DNA of 40,996 nt from a virus (Duplodnaviria; Caudoviricetes): positions 1 to 40,996 of IMG/VR virus record IMGVR_UViG_3300002092_000087. One strand, given 5' to 3'. The translations under genes were made by a program, and so were the position numbers. This document shows, piece by piece, positions 1 through 8,592 of this stretch. Numbering within the stretch: position 1 is the first letter of the stretch; every line of letters begins with the position of its first letter. Below the pieces are notes generated by a model that worked only from the letters and a program-made list of their open reading frames with translations, searched no databases and was not told the origin of the DNA.

Positions 1-264
1 GAGAACTGCGCGGGAGTAGCTATCAACACAAACACTCGCGCTATCGGTGTCACAGCCGTAGTTCGCTGGAAAGATATGCCCGAAGGATTCCCTGAGTACA
101 TATCTTTAGGTAAGTACTTAGAGGACGAAGAAAAAGATACGTTTGGCATAGATGACCTAACTATCTTCTACTATGCAGAAGGGTTAGAAGAAGTAGAACA
201 ACTCATGACTAACAGTAGTAATGAGTGGCTAATAGAGAAAGTGGTGGAGATTCATTATGCGTAA
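1..264 (+). CDS. Hypothetical protein, 5'-truncated by window edge
   Basis: Frame of ORF 76..264 is open back to base 1 (ENCAGVAINT...); stop overlaps the start of the next gene. Confidence 0.6.
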   Translation, partial: ENCAGVAINTNTRAIGVTAVVRWKDMPEGFPEYISLGKYLEDEEKDTFGIDDLTIFYYAEGLEEVEQLMTNSSNEWLIEKVVEIHYA

Positions 265-1144
265 ATTACTAATTGGACTATTACTGGTTACAGGGCTGGT
301 ATCACCTGCCCATGCCGATACACCGCAGACTGTGGTGTTGATTGACGGTGGTGTGAACAGCACACTATTCCCTAACAACATAGCGTATGAAGTATGTACG
401 ATTGAAAATACTAACTGTGCTAACGGCAAAAATTTCATGGAAGGCTTAGGCTCAGCTCAACAGACACCATCACCCAATCCCGAAGCTAACCACGGTTCAC
501 AGATGCTATCTATCATGGTCAAGGTTAATCCTAGTATTAAAGTTATCCCTATCAAGATTTACGGCACTACAGCACTTGGTAATCCAATCCTGTACTCTCT
601 TGCTAGTGTGAAGAGTGCTTTAGATTGGACTGTAGCTAATAGAGCTAAGTTTAATATCTCTGTAGTAAGCCTATCTCAGGGCGCAATTTTTTCAGGGTGC
701 AGAGTTCCTGATGGGTTGGCTCAAGATGTAGCCACACTTAAAGCTAATAACGTGCAAGTAGTAGTAGCGACAGGTAATAATAAAGACCGTACTACTATGC
801 AGTCACCTGCTTGCCTACCTGACACCATCTCAGTTGGTGCAACTGATAATCCTGCTAATGGTGTGGGCGTAGCATGGAACTCAAATGCTAATCCTAGTAT
901 TGCGCTGTACTCTAACGGCAACGCACAGACCACGCTCTACTCTAATGCTCGATACTTTGTTACCAACTTAGATGGGGTCATTAAGTTCACAGTAGGAACT
1001 TCTAACGCCACGGCTGCCGTTGCGAGTTGGATTACCCTTCACAAAGGAGTAGACTTCAACACTACATATCAGACCTTGCTATCAAGTGCGAGTGGCACAG
1101 CAACTAACACATGGCTTTCAGGTAGATACCTACTAATTAACTAA
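257..1144 (+). CDS. Secreted S8 subtilisin-like serine peptidase
   Basis: Signal peptide MRKLLIGLLLVTGLVSPAHA; catalytic motifs VLIDGG (D), NHGSQM (H), ATGN (oxyanion N), GTSNAT (S); SD GGAG upstream. Confidence 0.88.
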   Translation: MRKLLIGLLLVTGLVSPAHADTPQTVVLIDGGVNSTLFPNNIAYEVCTIENTNCANGKNFMEGLGSAQQTPSPNPEANHGSQMLSIMVKVNPSIKVIPIKIYGTTALGNPILYSLASVKSALDWTVANRAKFNISVVSLSQGAIFSGCRVPDGLAQDVATLKANNVQVVVATGNNKDRTTMQSPACLPDTISVGATDNPANGVGVAWNSNANPSIALYSNGNAQTTLYSNARYFVTNLDGVIKFTVGTSNATAAVASWITLHKGVDFNTTYQTLLSSASGTATNTWLSGRYLLIN

Positions 1145-1154
1145 GGAGAAGTAA

Positions 1155-1442
1155 ATGGCAAAAAAGATTAACGCCTCGTTTGAGGCAGAACTACGAAAGA
1201 ACCAAGAAAAGGGTGGAGCTTGGCTTGGAGAGTTCTCTGTTACTCGTGATGATTACGATAAGGTTGTAGTCTCAGGACGCGAAGCTTTCTCTAATGCATC
1301 TGCTGGTAAGCGTTGGCTCAAGGCTCAGGTTTTAGCTAACACCAATAAGAAGTCTATTAAAATGCTTCCTAATGAAGAGAAAGACGCTAAGGATAAGCCA
1401 GTATTTTTTAGTGGCACATTAGCGTTCAAGGTAGATGTATGA
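1155..1442 (+). CDS. Hypothetical protein (95 aa, basic)
   Basis: Strong SD AAGGAG before ATG; compact spacing. Confidence 0.8.
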   Translation: MAKKINASFEAELRKNQEKGGAWLGEFSVTRDDYDKVVVSGREAFSNASAGKRWLKAQVLANTNKKSIKMLPNEEKDAKDKPVFFSGTLAFKVDV

Positions 1443-1528
1443 GTTTCATTGACCCAATAGTCCCTGACCCCAACTGGGGTAATGCTAGTCCTAACGTAGA
1501 CCCTGAGGAGTACGAGGACGAAGATTAA
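1439..1528 (+). CDS. Acidic microprotein (29 aa, MSFIDPIVPDPNWGNASPNVDPEEYEDED)
   Basis: Not in the ORF track; ATGA overlap with upstream stop; ends just before the terminator. Confidence 0.55.
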   Translation: MSFIDPIVPDPNWGNASPNVDPEEYEDED

Positions 1529-1530
1529 AT

Positions 1531-1592
1531 AAAAATAATTAGCCCCTAGTGATTAAAGAGAACAGAGAGTCTCTATCACTAGGGGCTTTTTT
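1531..1592. terminator. Bidirectional intrinsic terminator between convergent transcription units
   Basis: 13-bp perfect inverted repeat AGCCCCTAGTGAT (1541-1553) / ATCACTAGGGGCT (1575-1587); T-tract after and A-tract before. Confidence 0.8.
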
Positions 1593-1593
1593 A

Positions 1594-3627
1594 TTACTGA
1601 TTGTCTTTGATTAGCTTAACTTCGCATGCATCTGTTGTGCAATATGCTTCACCAATTGCGTCCGATGCCATACCAGCGTAGACACCTGAGAAGTCAATAG
1701 GAAAGAGCGTCATGCGAGCCTCTTCATATTCTTCTTCAGTTATCTGAGTATATGGCATCTGTGGATAAACTGTGTTACCGCTTGGAAGGAAAGAGACTGT
1801 CTTAAGCTTACCGTCGTACATATGCAGTACTCGTTTTACTTCTGTGCTTTCTTTCTCGCTATCAAAAGAGACTGTTACAGATACAGAATTGTCTGACCAC
1901 TCGTACTGAGCTGTTGCGGCAAGGTCAATCTTCTCGTAAATAGAGACTTCTTTCTCAGAGCGAATTGCATCAGACTTAACTGGGAAGAACACAACTGAGG
2001 TTGTTGTAGGAGATTCACTTGCTGGCTCTACACGATACTGCGCCATCTTAAAGAGAGGAAGCATTGGGTCAGAGTTAGCAAAACGAATTGCGCGAAGGAA
2101 ATGACGACCACCAACAGACCAGTGAACTCCTGGGGATTCACCTGCAAGAATAGAGACTGTTCCTGATGGTTTGACTGTAGTCATCTTAATAGACTCACGA
2201 ATACCAAGCCACTCTGAATATCCCTTATCGTAATCTTTGATAACCATGTAGCCTTCGTCCAACCACTTGCGAAGAACTGGTAAGCCTTTGTTATCAGAGA
2301 AGTTAGCAACACCTGATACTGATGTACCAATACGACGGTTACGTTGCATGATTGCGTTTGTCTCTTCCCAATGTGTAGGCAGGAGAGTTACTGTCTTTGC
2401 ATAAAGATAGGCAAACTTAAGAGTGCGCTTGAAGTCTTCAAGAGAGTCGTGACGGTTGAGGTAGGTCTCTACCAATGTGCAACACTCAAAGCTTTCAAGA
2501 GACTGTTCAGCGCATGGGTTGTACCCCATGATGCGCCAGTCTTTGTTGTTAGGAGCGTCTTTAAGGCGACCATACTTACGAGAGACATCCATCCAAATAA
2601 CCCCTGGCTCACCGTTGCGGGCAATACCATCAACAATGCCATCAAGGTTCTGACCTACAGATACCTCAACAGAGTTATTACTCATCCAAGCCCAACCTGG
2701 ACTCTTTGGGTCATAAGAGTTGCGCTCTGGGAATCGCTCTGGGTTCTTGAGGTTGAGGAACTCCTCATCATCAAGGCGACCCATCAACAACTCAGCTGAG
2801 CGTCGAACGTTACCGCTTACAACACAAACTCCAATCATGTTGCCAATGTCAGCAATATCCACGCGAGTTAGCTTCTGACCTGCTCGACCTGTAAACATCT
2901 TAGTAATGTGGTCGTGAAGTCTTAGGAGGGGTTCGTGTCCTGCTGCGGTTCCACCAAAGGTTTTAATCGGAGTACCTGCTGGTCTGATTTGGCTGTAGTC
3001 GAATACTGGCTTCTTCGTATCTGGCTTAAGGTAGCTATTGAGGAGGGAGGCAAGGGATTCAACCCAACCTTCTCTGGTATCGGGGATGACATATGTGTCT
3101 CCTTCTGTAGGTTCGTAAAGGACAAAATCTTTATCTGCGCCCTTGTCATCAAACCCAACCCCTACGCCAAGCATGGAAGCTTCCATAAGGAAAGCAAAAG
3201 GTTTAGCAGGGTCTATCTTGGTCATCGAGGTAGTTGATACAAATGCACAGTTCTGTAATGCTGCTGAGTTGCGCTGTTCATTAACAAGCGGAGTACCCAT
3301 AACCCAAAGCCCACGTCCAGGAGGTGTCCACTTAAGATTCCATAAACGGTCAAAAGCCTCTTTAGCTGAGGATGCTGCTTTAGCATCTGACCATGGAAGT
3401 CGGTTTAACTTTGCGTGGTCTTTCTGTAGCGAGTACATGCCGTTGATGACTCGTTCGCAGACATCAGTCCACGTCTCTTTCGTACCATCTTCTTTAAGTC
3501 TGGAATAGGTGCGGAGAAAAGTAATTTCCCCCACTGAATTGCCTGCCGCGTCTTGATATCCCCAAGGTACTTTCTTCTCGTGGTAACCTGTTAGGAAGTC
3601 CTCTGTTAGACGAAACGACAAAGCCAT
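1594..3627 (-). CDS. nrdJ: Class II adenosylcobalamin-dependent ribonucleotide reductase (monomeric RTPR-like)
   Basis: PPGRGLW, NCAF, GNVRRSA, NPCAEQ (thiyl Cys), TVKPSGT, C-terminal CTTDAC redox pair; no small-subunit gene nearby. Confidence 0.93.
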   Translation of the reverse strand: MALSFRLTEDFLTGYHEKKVPWGYQDAAGNSVGEITFLRTYSRLKEDGTKETWTDVCERVINGMYSLQKDHAKLNRLPWSDAKAASSAKEAFDRLWNLKWTPPGRGLWVMGTPLVNEQRNSAALQNCAFVSTTSMTKIDPAKPFAFLMEASMLGVGVGFDDKGADKDFVLYEPTEGDTYVIPDTREGWVESLASLLNSYLKPDTKKPVFDYSQIRPAGTPIKTFGGTAAGHEPLLRLHDHITKMFTGRAGQKLTRVDIADIGNMIGVCVVSGNVRRSAELLMGRLDDEEFLNLKNPERFPERNSYDPKSPGWAWMSNNSVEVSVGQNLDGIVDGIARNGEPGVIWMDVSRKYGRLKDAPNNKDWRIMGYNPCAEQSLESFECCTLVETYLNRHDSLEDFKRTLKFAYLYAKTVTLLPTHWEETNAIMQRNRRIGTSVSGVANFSDNKGLPVLRKWLDEGYMVIKDYDKGYSEWLGIRESIKMTTVKPSGTVSILAGESPGVHWSVGGRHFLRAIRFANSDPMLPLFKMAQYRVEPASESPTTTSVVFFPVKSDAIRSEKEVSIYEKIDLAATAQYEWSDNSVSVTVSFDSEKESTEVKRVLHMYDGKLKTVSFLPSGNTVYPQMPYTQITEEEYEEARMTLFPIDFSGVYAGMASDAIGEAYCTTDACEVKLIKDNQ

Positions 3628-3678
3628 TTTTTCCTTCTCTCTATTAAGTATGAACCCTTGATGTAGCAGGGGGTATAT

Positions 3679-3684
3679 AGTCTA
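3679..3684 (-). promoter_or_regulatory. Candidate -10 box (TAGACT) for nrdJ
   Basis: TANNNT hexamer about 50 nt upstream of ATG in an intergenic region; no clear -35. Confidence 0.35.
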
Positions 3685-3784
3685 GCTGTGTAATACACTA
3701 ACGCACATGGGGAGTATTTGCCAGTTACACAACATACTATGTTCCGTGTGTCTTATCACATCTGTTATGCGATAACTTCAAACT

Positions 3785-5254
3785 CTATTCTTCAATGATT
3801 TCTTTAATCACCTTAGTAGTTTGTTCTTCATTTAACCCACCATTTGGAAGCTCTTTTAGTGCTTGAGCACGGTCCCCAAAGATGCTAGAAAGCACACCAG
3901 CTGAGCCACCTTTGCTCTCAACTGTCATACGAATAAAGCTAGATGAGTCGTCCAATTCGTTGATAGTTTTAAACATTTTTGTGAGTCTATCAATCTCCTG
4001 GGAAACGTTAGGGTCTGCGTATCCACCGTTCATTTCTTCAGTAAAACGCATGAAAAGTACCCGTTGTGTCTGCATTTCAATCAATGCATTAACCAAAGCT
4101 TCACGTTGTTCTTTAGTCTTTACCTCGACTGGAAGCTTAAATGCACATACAGATTGAGGTTTAAAAGCGGGACAATTAGAGGCAACAAAACATGTATCGC
4201 ATGTGCGAAGTGACGTGTCTTGGGATGTTAAAAGTACGCGCTCTTTGATGACATCATTACCATCTGCATCTTGTTCTACAACAGTCTTTGAGGTGTATCC
4301 AAGGACAGGTAAAGTACCCATTTCTTCTGGATTTCGGGGCTCAACTTTCCGCATACCTACCCCCTTGTTATCGCTATGTGCAGGTAGTGTTTCCCCACTT
4401 TCCTCCACTTCACTCCCCTCACTGTTATCGTATAAGAAGCTGTCATTTCCGCTCATATTTAACCTCGCCTCGAACTGCTCGTATGACCATACAGCTAAAC
4501 GACACACTTCTTGTGGGTCATCTTCCATAATCAAATCGTAATCAAGCCCAGCTTTTTCATAGATGTTTCCGTATCTAACTCTGGCTTGCTCTTTCATTTT
4601 TTTGTTGTATCGAACTAGACGATTGCCGTCCCAAACGATAGTCTCACCATGGAGCATTGGAGCTAACCACGATAAGGTGCTGGCTGACTCTACCTTAACC
4701 TGACGTAAGTTATCGGGCTTGGCTGTATTGATTGCATGAAAGCGTGTGCCCTTGGCTGTGAACCCTCTTGTAAGGGCGGCTAGTTTGGTCTCATGCTCTA
4801 TATCCTCGCCCATCAAACCAATGTCTAGGTAATGCTCAACCATCTTCTTAAGACCGTCTATGCCCGTCTGTGACTGCCATACGGGTTGGAATTTAGATGG
4901 CGGTACTTCAGACCAGCAAGTCTTCCGCTGCTCCTCTATAAACTGTGGACTTAGCTGAGTACTGACTACCTCATTGAAGCTGGTGAGACGGTCTATGTTA
5001 TTAGCCACGAACTCCTCGTAAAGGGCACAAAAATCTTCTATTTCTTCTTGGCTTAAGTTTTCAGTTTTGGGTATGCCTGCGTGGGCGTAGATATAACTAT
5101 CTTGGCTGAAGTAGTTCTTTAATAGATAAGGCTTAGTCTTGGGTAGACCACGCTTTGTAAGGCGCCAAAAACTGACCCCTACATGGTTGGCGGTAGTTGT
5201 CTCTAATAAGGTACGGTTAGAAGGAACCTCTGACCCTAAGTAAATTATCTTAAT
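3785..5254 (-). CDS. TGT/DpdA-like TIM-barrel protein (degenerate) with C-terminal Cys cluster and helical tail; probable ATT start, about 489 aa
   Basis: Frame is open 82 codons upstream of the GTG call at 5008 (IKIIYLGSEVPSNRTLLE...). FHAINTAKPD..ESASTLSWL resembles the HxxG...S(V)DSxSW signature of TGT-like phage proteins. CDTCFVASNCPAF..C cluster. Gene well supported; product tentative. Confidence 0.5.
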   Translation of the reverse strand: MKIIYLGSEVPSNRTLLETTTANHVGVSFWRLTKRGLPKTKPYLLKNYFSQDSYIYAHAGIPKTENLSQEEIEDFCALYEEFVANNIDRLTSFNEVVSTQLSPQFIEEQRKTCWSEVPPSKFQPVWQSQTGIDGLKKMVEHYLDIGLMGEDIEHETKLAALTRGFTAKGTRFHAINTAKPDNLRQVKVESASTLSWLAPMLHGETIVWDGNRLVRYNKKMKEQARVRYGNIYEKAGLDYDLIMEDDPQEVCRLAVWSYEQFEARLNMSGNDSFLYDNSEGSEVEESGETLPAHSDNKGVGMRKVEPRNPEEMGTLPVLGYTSKTVVEQDADGNDVIKERVLLTSQDTSLRTCDTCFVASNCPAFKPQSVCAFKLPVEVKTKEQREALVNALIEMQTQRVLFMRFTEEMNGGYADPNVSQEIDRLTKMFKTINELDDSSSFIRMTVESKGGSAGVLSSIFGDRAQALKELPNGGLNEEQTTKVIKEIIEE

Positions 5255-5412
5255 TGACGAAGCCTTCCTAACAAGCGGCTAAACAGGGTTACGTTCTCCC
5301 GCTCCCACTCCGCATACTCAGCCAATATGTCCTCAAGTTCAATGGTGGTGATTTCTTGGTCTGTTAAATACTCAACAAAATCATCGTCTGCTGGAAGGAT
5401 GGGTAGGCTCAT
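5245..5412 (-). CDS. Small acidic hypothetical protein (55 aa, MSLPILPADDDFVEYL...GRLRQLR)
   Basis: Not in the ORF track; ATGA overlap with the HAD-like stop; fills the gap. Confidence 0.6.
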   Translation of the reverse strand: MSLPILPADDDFVEYLTDQEITTIELEDILAEYAEWERENVTLFSRLLGRLRQLR

Positions 5413-5864
5413 GCTCTTGGGTCTTCCTTCAACATTTCCATTTGCTTATCTAATTCTTCTTCAATGGCTGCCCAGCTTCTCATGCCTTGGCGACCATCTG
5501 GTCTAAATTCTGGTCGAAGGTAACTTGGGTGCAAAAATAGCAGGGTATCTAACCCAATCTCTAATAGTTTTTTAGCCAATTCAGTATCGGCTGTAACAAT
5601 CACTTCTACCTTGCCCTGTGAACGGCAATACTTAACCTGTTCAAAATCTGGGTCATCTAGGATTCCTGGAACATTGTAGTCAATCAGGTCATCCATCTTG
5701 TTAATCTTGTGTTCTAGAAGCCAACGGTTAGTTTTAGCATAGTCATCACATAGAAGAACAACGCGCACATCCTCATTGAACATGCGGTATAGGGCAAGAC
5801 CCTGATAAATAGGGCTACCAGTTTCGGAGCGTAAAACTCCGTCAACGAACATTACTACAGACAA
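5409..5864 (-). CDS. HAD-superfamily-like protein (motif I degenerate)
   Basis: N-terminal VVMFVDGVLR resembles hhhDxDGVL with the first Asp replaced by Phe; TTG start with SD GGAG. Confidence 0.6.
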   Translation of the reverse strand: MSVVMFVDGVLRSETGSPIYQGLALYRMFNEDVRVVLLCDDYAKTNRWLLEHKINKMDDLIDYNVPGILDDPDFEQVKYCRSQGKVEVIVTADTELAKKLLEIGLDTLLFLHPSYLRPEFRPDGRQGMRSWAAIEEELDKQMEMLKEDPRA

Positions 5865-5887
5865 AATGTGCTCCGATTAGATAGTGG

Positions 5888-6820
5888 TTAGCGCCTGTAA
5901 AGCGCTGCTCTACGGACTAACACCTTAGCACTTGGTAGCTCCATACCATAAGTTTGAGCTTCAAATTCTTGACGTGTCTTCGTAGATATTTCTTTTAATT
6001 GTTTTAGTGCTTGTACAAGTCCAGCTTTCTTGCCAGCTTGCCAACGGTAGTTAGCATAGTCTGCATAACCCATGCCGCTAGGACTAAACGCAGACCCTCT
6101 TCCATGGTGAATATCTTCAAACAACGCTGCGCCTTGTTCTACCGATAGTTTAAGCGCAGATTCTGCGTTAATGCGTGCTGTATCTGTGGTTGCTGTACCA
6201 ATACCTGCGAGCGCTGTTGAGTAACGTTGCAAAATCTCTACAGCCATGCTCTCATCACGAGCAACTTTGCGTTCCCAATCACGTCTAGGATTAATACTTG
6301 GCTCTGATGGTTCTACAGTCCAATCATCATCTGTTAATGAATAAGCTGCGTATGGCTTGATGGTGCGAATATCTGTTGCCACATTAACATAGAAAGTTAA
6401 CTCAAATGAGTCTAGGTAGTTCTCTGTGTGCGGGTAAAGTTCATCGCGGAAATCTTCATTGAACATAGACGCAATCTCTTGGTCACTTAATCCCGCAAAT
6501 TTTGTGTTGGATTTACGAAACGCTATGTAGTCCACACCAACAAGGCAATCTAAATCTGCTGGACTACGATTTGCTGCCCACTGATAGGAAACTCCTGAAC
6601 CCGCTAACCAAACGTGTATGTAAGCCTCAGGGTTATAGTAGTGACGGCGCAAGTGGTCAAATAAAATACTTAGGATTCCATTACGAACGCTACCGATTAT
6701 TTTATTATCACGGAATAAACGGGGGTCTAGCCCAGCATTAGGGGCGCTAAAATATGATGTTTCTGACGGCTCTATAGATACTGGTGTTGCTTGCTTAACC
6801 AGTGCCGCATTGAAGTCCAT
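5888..6820 (-). CDS. Pol-beta superfamily nucleotidyltransferase
   Basis: hGS motif (WLAGSG) followed by DLD (ADLDCLVG) and a likely third acid in FELTFY. Confidence 0.75.
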   Translation of the reverse strand: MDFNAALVKQATPVSIEPSETSYFSAPNAGLDPRLFRDNKIIGSVRNGILSILFDHLRRHYYNPEAYIHVWLAGSGVSYQWAANRSPADLDCLVGVDYIAFRKSNTKFAGLSDQEIASMFNEDFRDELYPHTENYLDSFELTFYVNVATDIRTIKPYAAYSLTDDDWTVEPSEPSINPRRDWERKVARDESMAVEILQRYSTALAGIGTATTDTARINAESALKLSVEQGAALFEDIHHGRGSAFSPSGMGYADYANYRWQAGKKAGLVQALKQLKEISTKTRQEFEAQTYGMELPSAKVLVRRAALYRR

Positions 6821-6832
6821 TAGGACAGTATA
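6821..6832 (-). promoter_or_regulatory. Leaderless promoter: TATACT 6 nt before ATG
   Basis: TATACT-gtccta-ATG; no SD. Confidence 0.6.
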
Positions 6833-6835
6833 TCG

Positions 6836-7096
6836 TTAGTCTTCGTCTTCTTCGTCTTCTAATAGTTCTAAATCAGGAACCATTGTATAAAACCAACGTG
6901 GGTGCGCTAAATCATCAATAGCTAACGCCATTGCAATATCTATTGGAAATCCCGCTTTACGAAATGATTTGTAAAGTTCATGGATTTGGATTGCGTGTAC
7001 ATCGAGTGGAGTTAAATCTTCGGATTGATTTTTAGGAAGTCGTCTAGGCGCAACTGTTTTCTTTACTTGCTTCTTCTTAGGAGCTTCCATGGTCAT
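6836..7096 (-). CDS. Hypothetical protein (basic N-terminus, acidic C-terminal tail)
   Basis: 86-aa ORF in the coding strand; compact spacing. Confidence 0.7.
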   Translation of the reverse strand: MTMEAPKKKQVKKTVAPRRLPKNQSEDLTPLDVHAIQIHELYKSFRKAGFPIDIAMALAIDDLAHPRWFYTMVPDLELLEDEEDED

Positions 7097-7116
7097 CCCT
7101 ACCTAGGTTAGTGTAA

Positions 7117-7392
7117 CTACAGTATACCTTTGTCATACAGCGCTTGGCGTATTGAACCAGCCGCTTTCTCAGACTCTGAGAGTACAGGCTTGCCGATATT
7201 TGCCATAATTTCGGTGGTCAGCTCCTGCTTGAAGGCGGAATCTAGAAGCTCACGGCAAGCAGACTTGATATCTTGACGGTCAGCTTCACGTTGAACCAAC
7301 ATGTTTAAACTAAGGTCTGGAGTTGCAACATAGTTACCATCAAGGGTTTTAAATACTATAAATGCTGTCTCGGCATCTGGAACCTTATCCAT
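7117..7392 (-). CDS. Hypothetical protein
   Basis: TAATG coupling to the upstream gene. Confidence 0.75.
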   Translation of the reverse strand: MDKVPDAETAFIVFKTLDGNYVATPDLSLNMLVQREADRQDIKSACRELLDSAFKQELTTEIMANIGKPVLSESEKAAGSIRQALYDKGIL

Positions 7393-7943
7393 TAGTCGTA
7401 CAATCCTCGTTCTTTATACGCCTTTTGTTGGTTATACATCTTTACAGGGCAAAAATCGCATAAGTGAACTTTAATTGTAGATTTTCCAAGACCTTCAGTA
7501 CGTCGTTCAGCCTCTGTTCCTGCGCTAAGAATTTTACGGTCGCTTTTATAATCTGGGCATTGACCCTTGGGGCTAAGGTGAATTTTGTAACAGCCCATAG
7601 CTTCTTGTGAATATTGGTCTTTAAGACCGTAAAAATTAGTACCAAAAACATCAAGACCAGATGATGCACCTTTACCTTCAAAAAAAGTCTCACGAAGTTG
7701 TTTTACAACACCTTCTTTAACTTTAGGTGTCATCCAATATCCTTGCAAAATGTCTACGAGGGGGGCGGCAATATGTTCAGGACCATGCATAGCTGCAGCA
7801 GCAGTTACAAACGGGTTATCGGATTGACTATACTTTCCATCGCCAAGATACTCACCTGTTTTTGTATAGGGAATCTCTTCAATGGTTTGACAAGTCTTAC
7901 AAATTAAAAGGTTGAACCGCTCGGTTTCGAAGTCATCTGCCAT
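7392..7943 (-). CDS. Cys-rich putative Zn-binding protein
   Basis: CKTC, CYKIH, CPDY, CDFC motifs. Confidence 0.7.
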   Translation of the reverse strand: MADDFETERFNLLICKTCQTIEEIPYTKTGEYLGDGKYSQSDNPFVTAAAAMHGPEHIAAPLVDILQGYWMTPKVKEGVVKQLRETFFEGKGASSGLDVFGTNFYGLKDQYSQEAMGCYKIHLSPKGQCPDYKSDRKILSAGTEAERRTEGLGKSTIKVHLCDFCPVKMYNQQKAYKERGLYD

Positions 7944-7959
7944 GGGCAGAATCCTACCA
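7944..7959 (-). promoter_or_regulatory. Leaderless extended -10 promoter (TGG-TAGGAT, 7 nt before ATG)
   Basis: TGGTAGGAT-tctgccc-ATG. Confidence 0.55.
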
Positions 7960-7963
7960 CAAA

Positions 7964-8398
7964 CTATTTGGATTTACGGTTTGCGGCTAAACGCGCTGCA
8001 ATTTGCTTCTGAATCTCAGCTTGTTTTTCTGCTTGGCTCTTTTTGGACGCTACGCTAGAAGTTTTTTTGTAAATATCGCCTACGTTTTTAGGGGTTTTCA
8101 TAGATGGAGCGTCAGTTTTAATAATAGGCTTAGGTTGAGGTAGTTTTAATCGGTGTTCTTCTGGCAGTTCGTATGGTTTGTTTTGTATAAGCTCGTCATA
8201 TTTTGCCGAAAGTTCAGGCGCCTCTTCCATACCACGCTTAACTGGCATAGTAATGAATTTTTCTGCGTCTCGCGCAGCTGGTCGGTCTATATGTGCATTT
8301 ACATACGGTGTGCGCATGATGCCTTCATGAATAGGGTTAGAAGGGTCGTATTTTACGCGACGAGAACTATCAGGACCTCTGTCTTCAGGAGTAGTCAT
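7964..8398 (-). CDS. Hydrophilic small protein with DR-type N-terminal tag (MTTPEDRGPDSSRR)
   Basis: TAATG coupling; tag shared with neighbours. Confidence 0.75.
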   Translation of the reverse strand: MTTPEDRGPDSSRRVKYDPSNPIHEGIMRTPYVNAHIDRPAARDAEKFITMPVKRGMEEAPELSAKYDELIQNKPYELPEEHRLKLPQPKPIIKTDAPSMKTPKNVGDIYKKTSSVASKKSQAEKQAEIQKQIAARLAANRKSK

Positions 8399-8592
8399 TA
8401 AAGTCGTTCTCCCCTTGAACGCTTAGAGTTTAAAATATCCTCTGCGTTACGTGATAGGTAAGGAATCTTGGTGCGCTCACGCTCTGCAGCATCAGCGGCT
8501 TCATTTTCGTCTTCTGGAGTCATTGTTCCAAAACGCTCTGGTACGTCAGTTACCTTATTAATGTCTGGAAACTGTGAAGCATCTGGGTGCAT
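8398..8592 (-). CDS. Microprotein with SQFP-type N-terminal tag (MHPDASQFP)
   Basis: TAATG coupling at both ends. Confidence 0.75.
   Translation of the reverse strand: MHPDASQFPDINKVTDVPERFGTMTPEDENEAADAAERERTKIPYLSRNAEDILNSKRSRGERL

Noticed and set aside
3628-3784. Cobalamin riboswitch or NrdR box upstream of the class II RNR
   Set aside because: No B12-box elements seen; NrdR match only partial
2344-4541. Plus-strand ORFs of 80-151 aa opposite nrdJ and the TGT-like gene (and similar shadows throughout the window)
   Set aside because: Antisense or alternate-frame shadows of strong genes; no SD and no motifs
3785-5254. Complete 7-deazaguanine DNA modification pathway
   Set aside because: No folE/queC/queD/queE in the window and the TGT-like motif lacks its Asp
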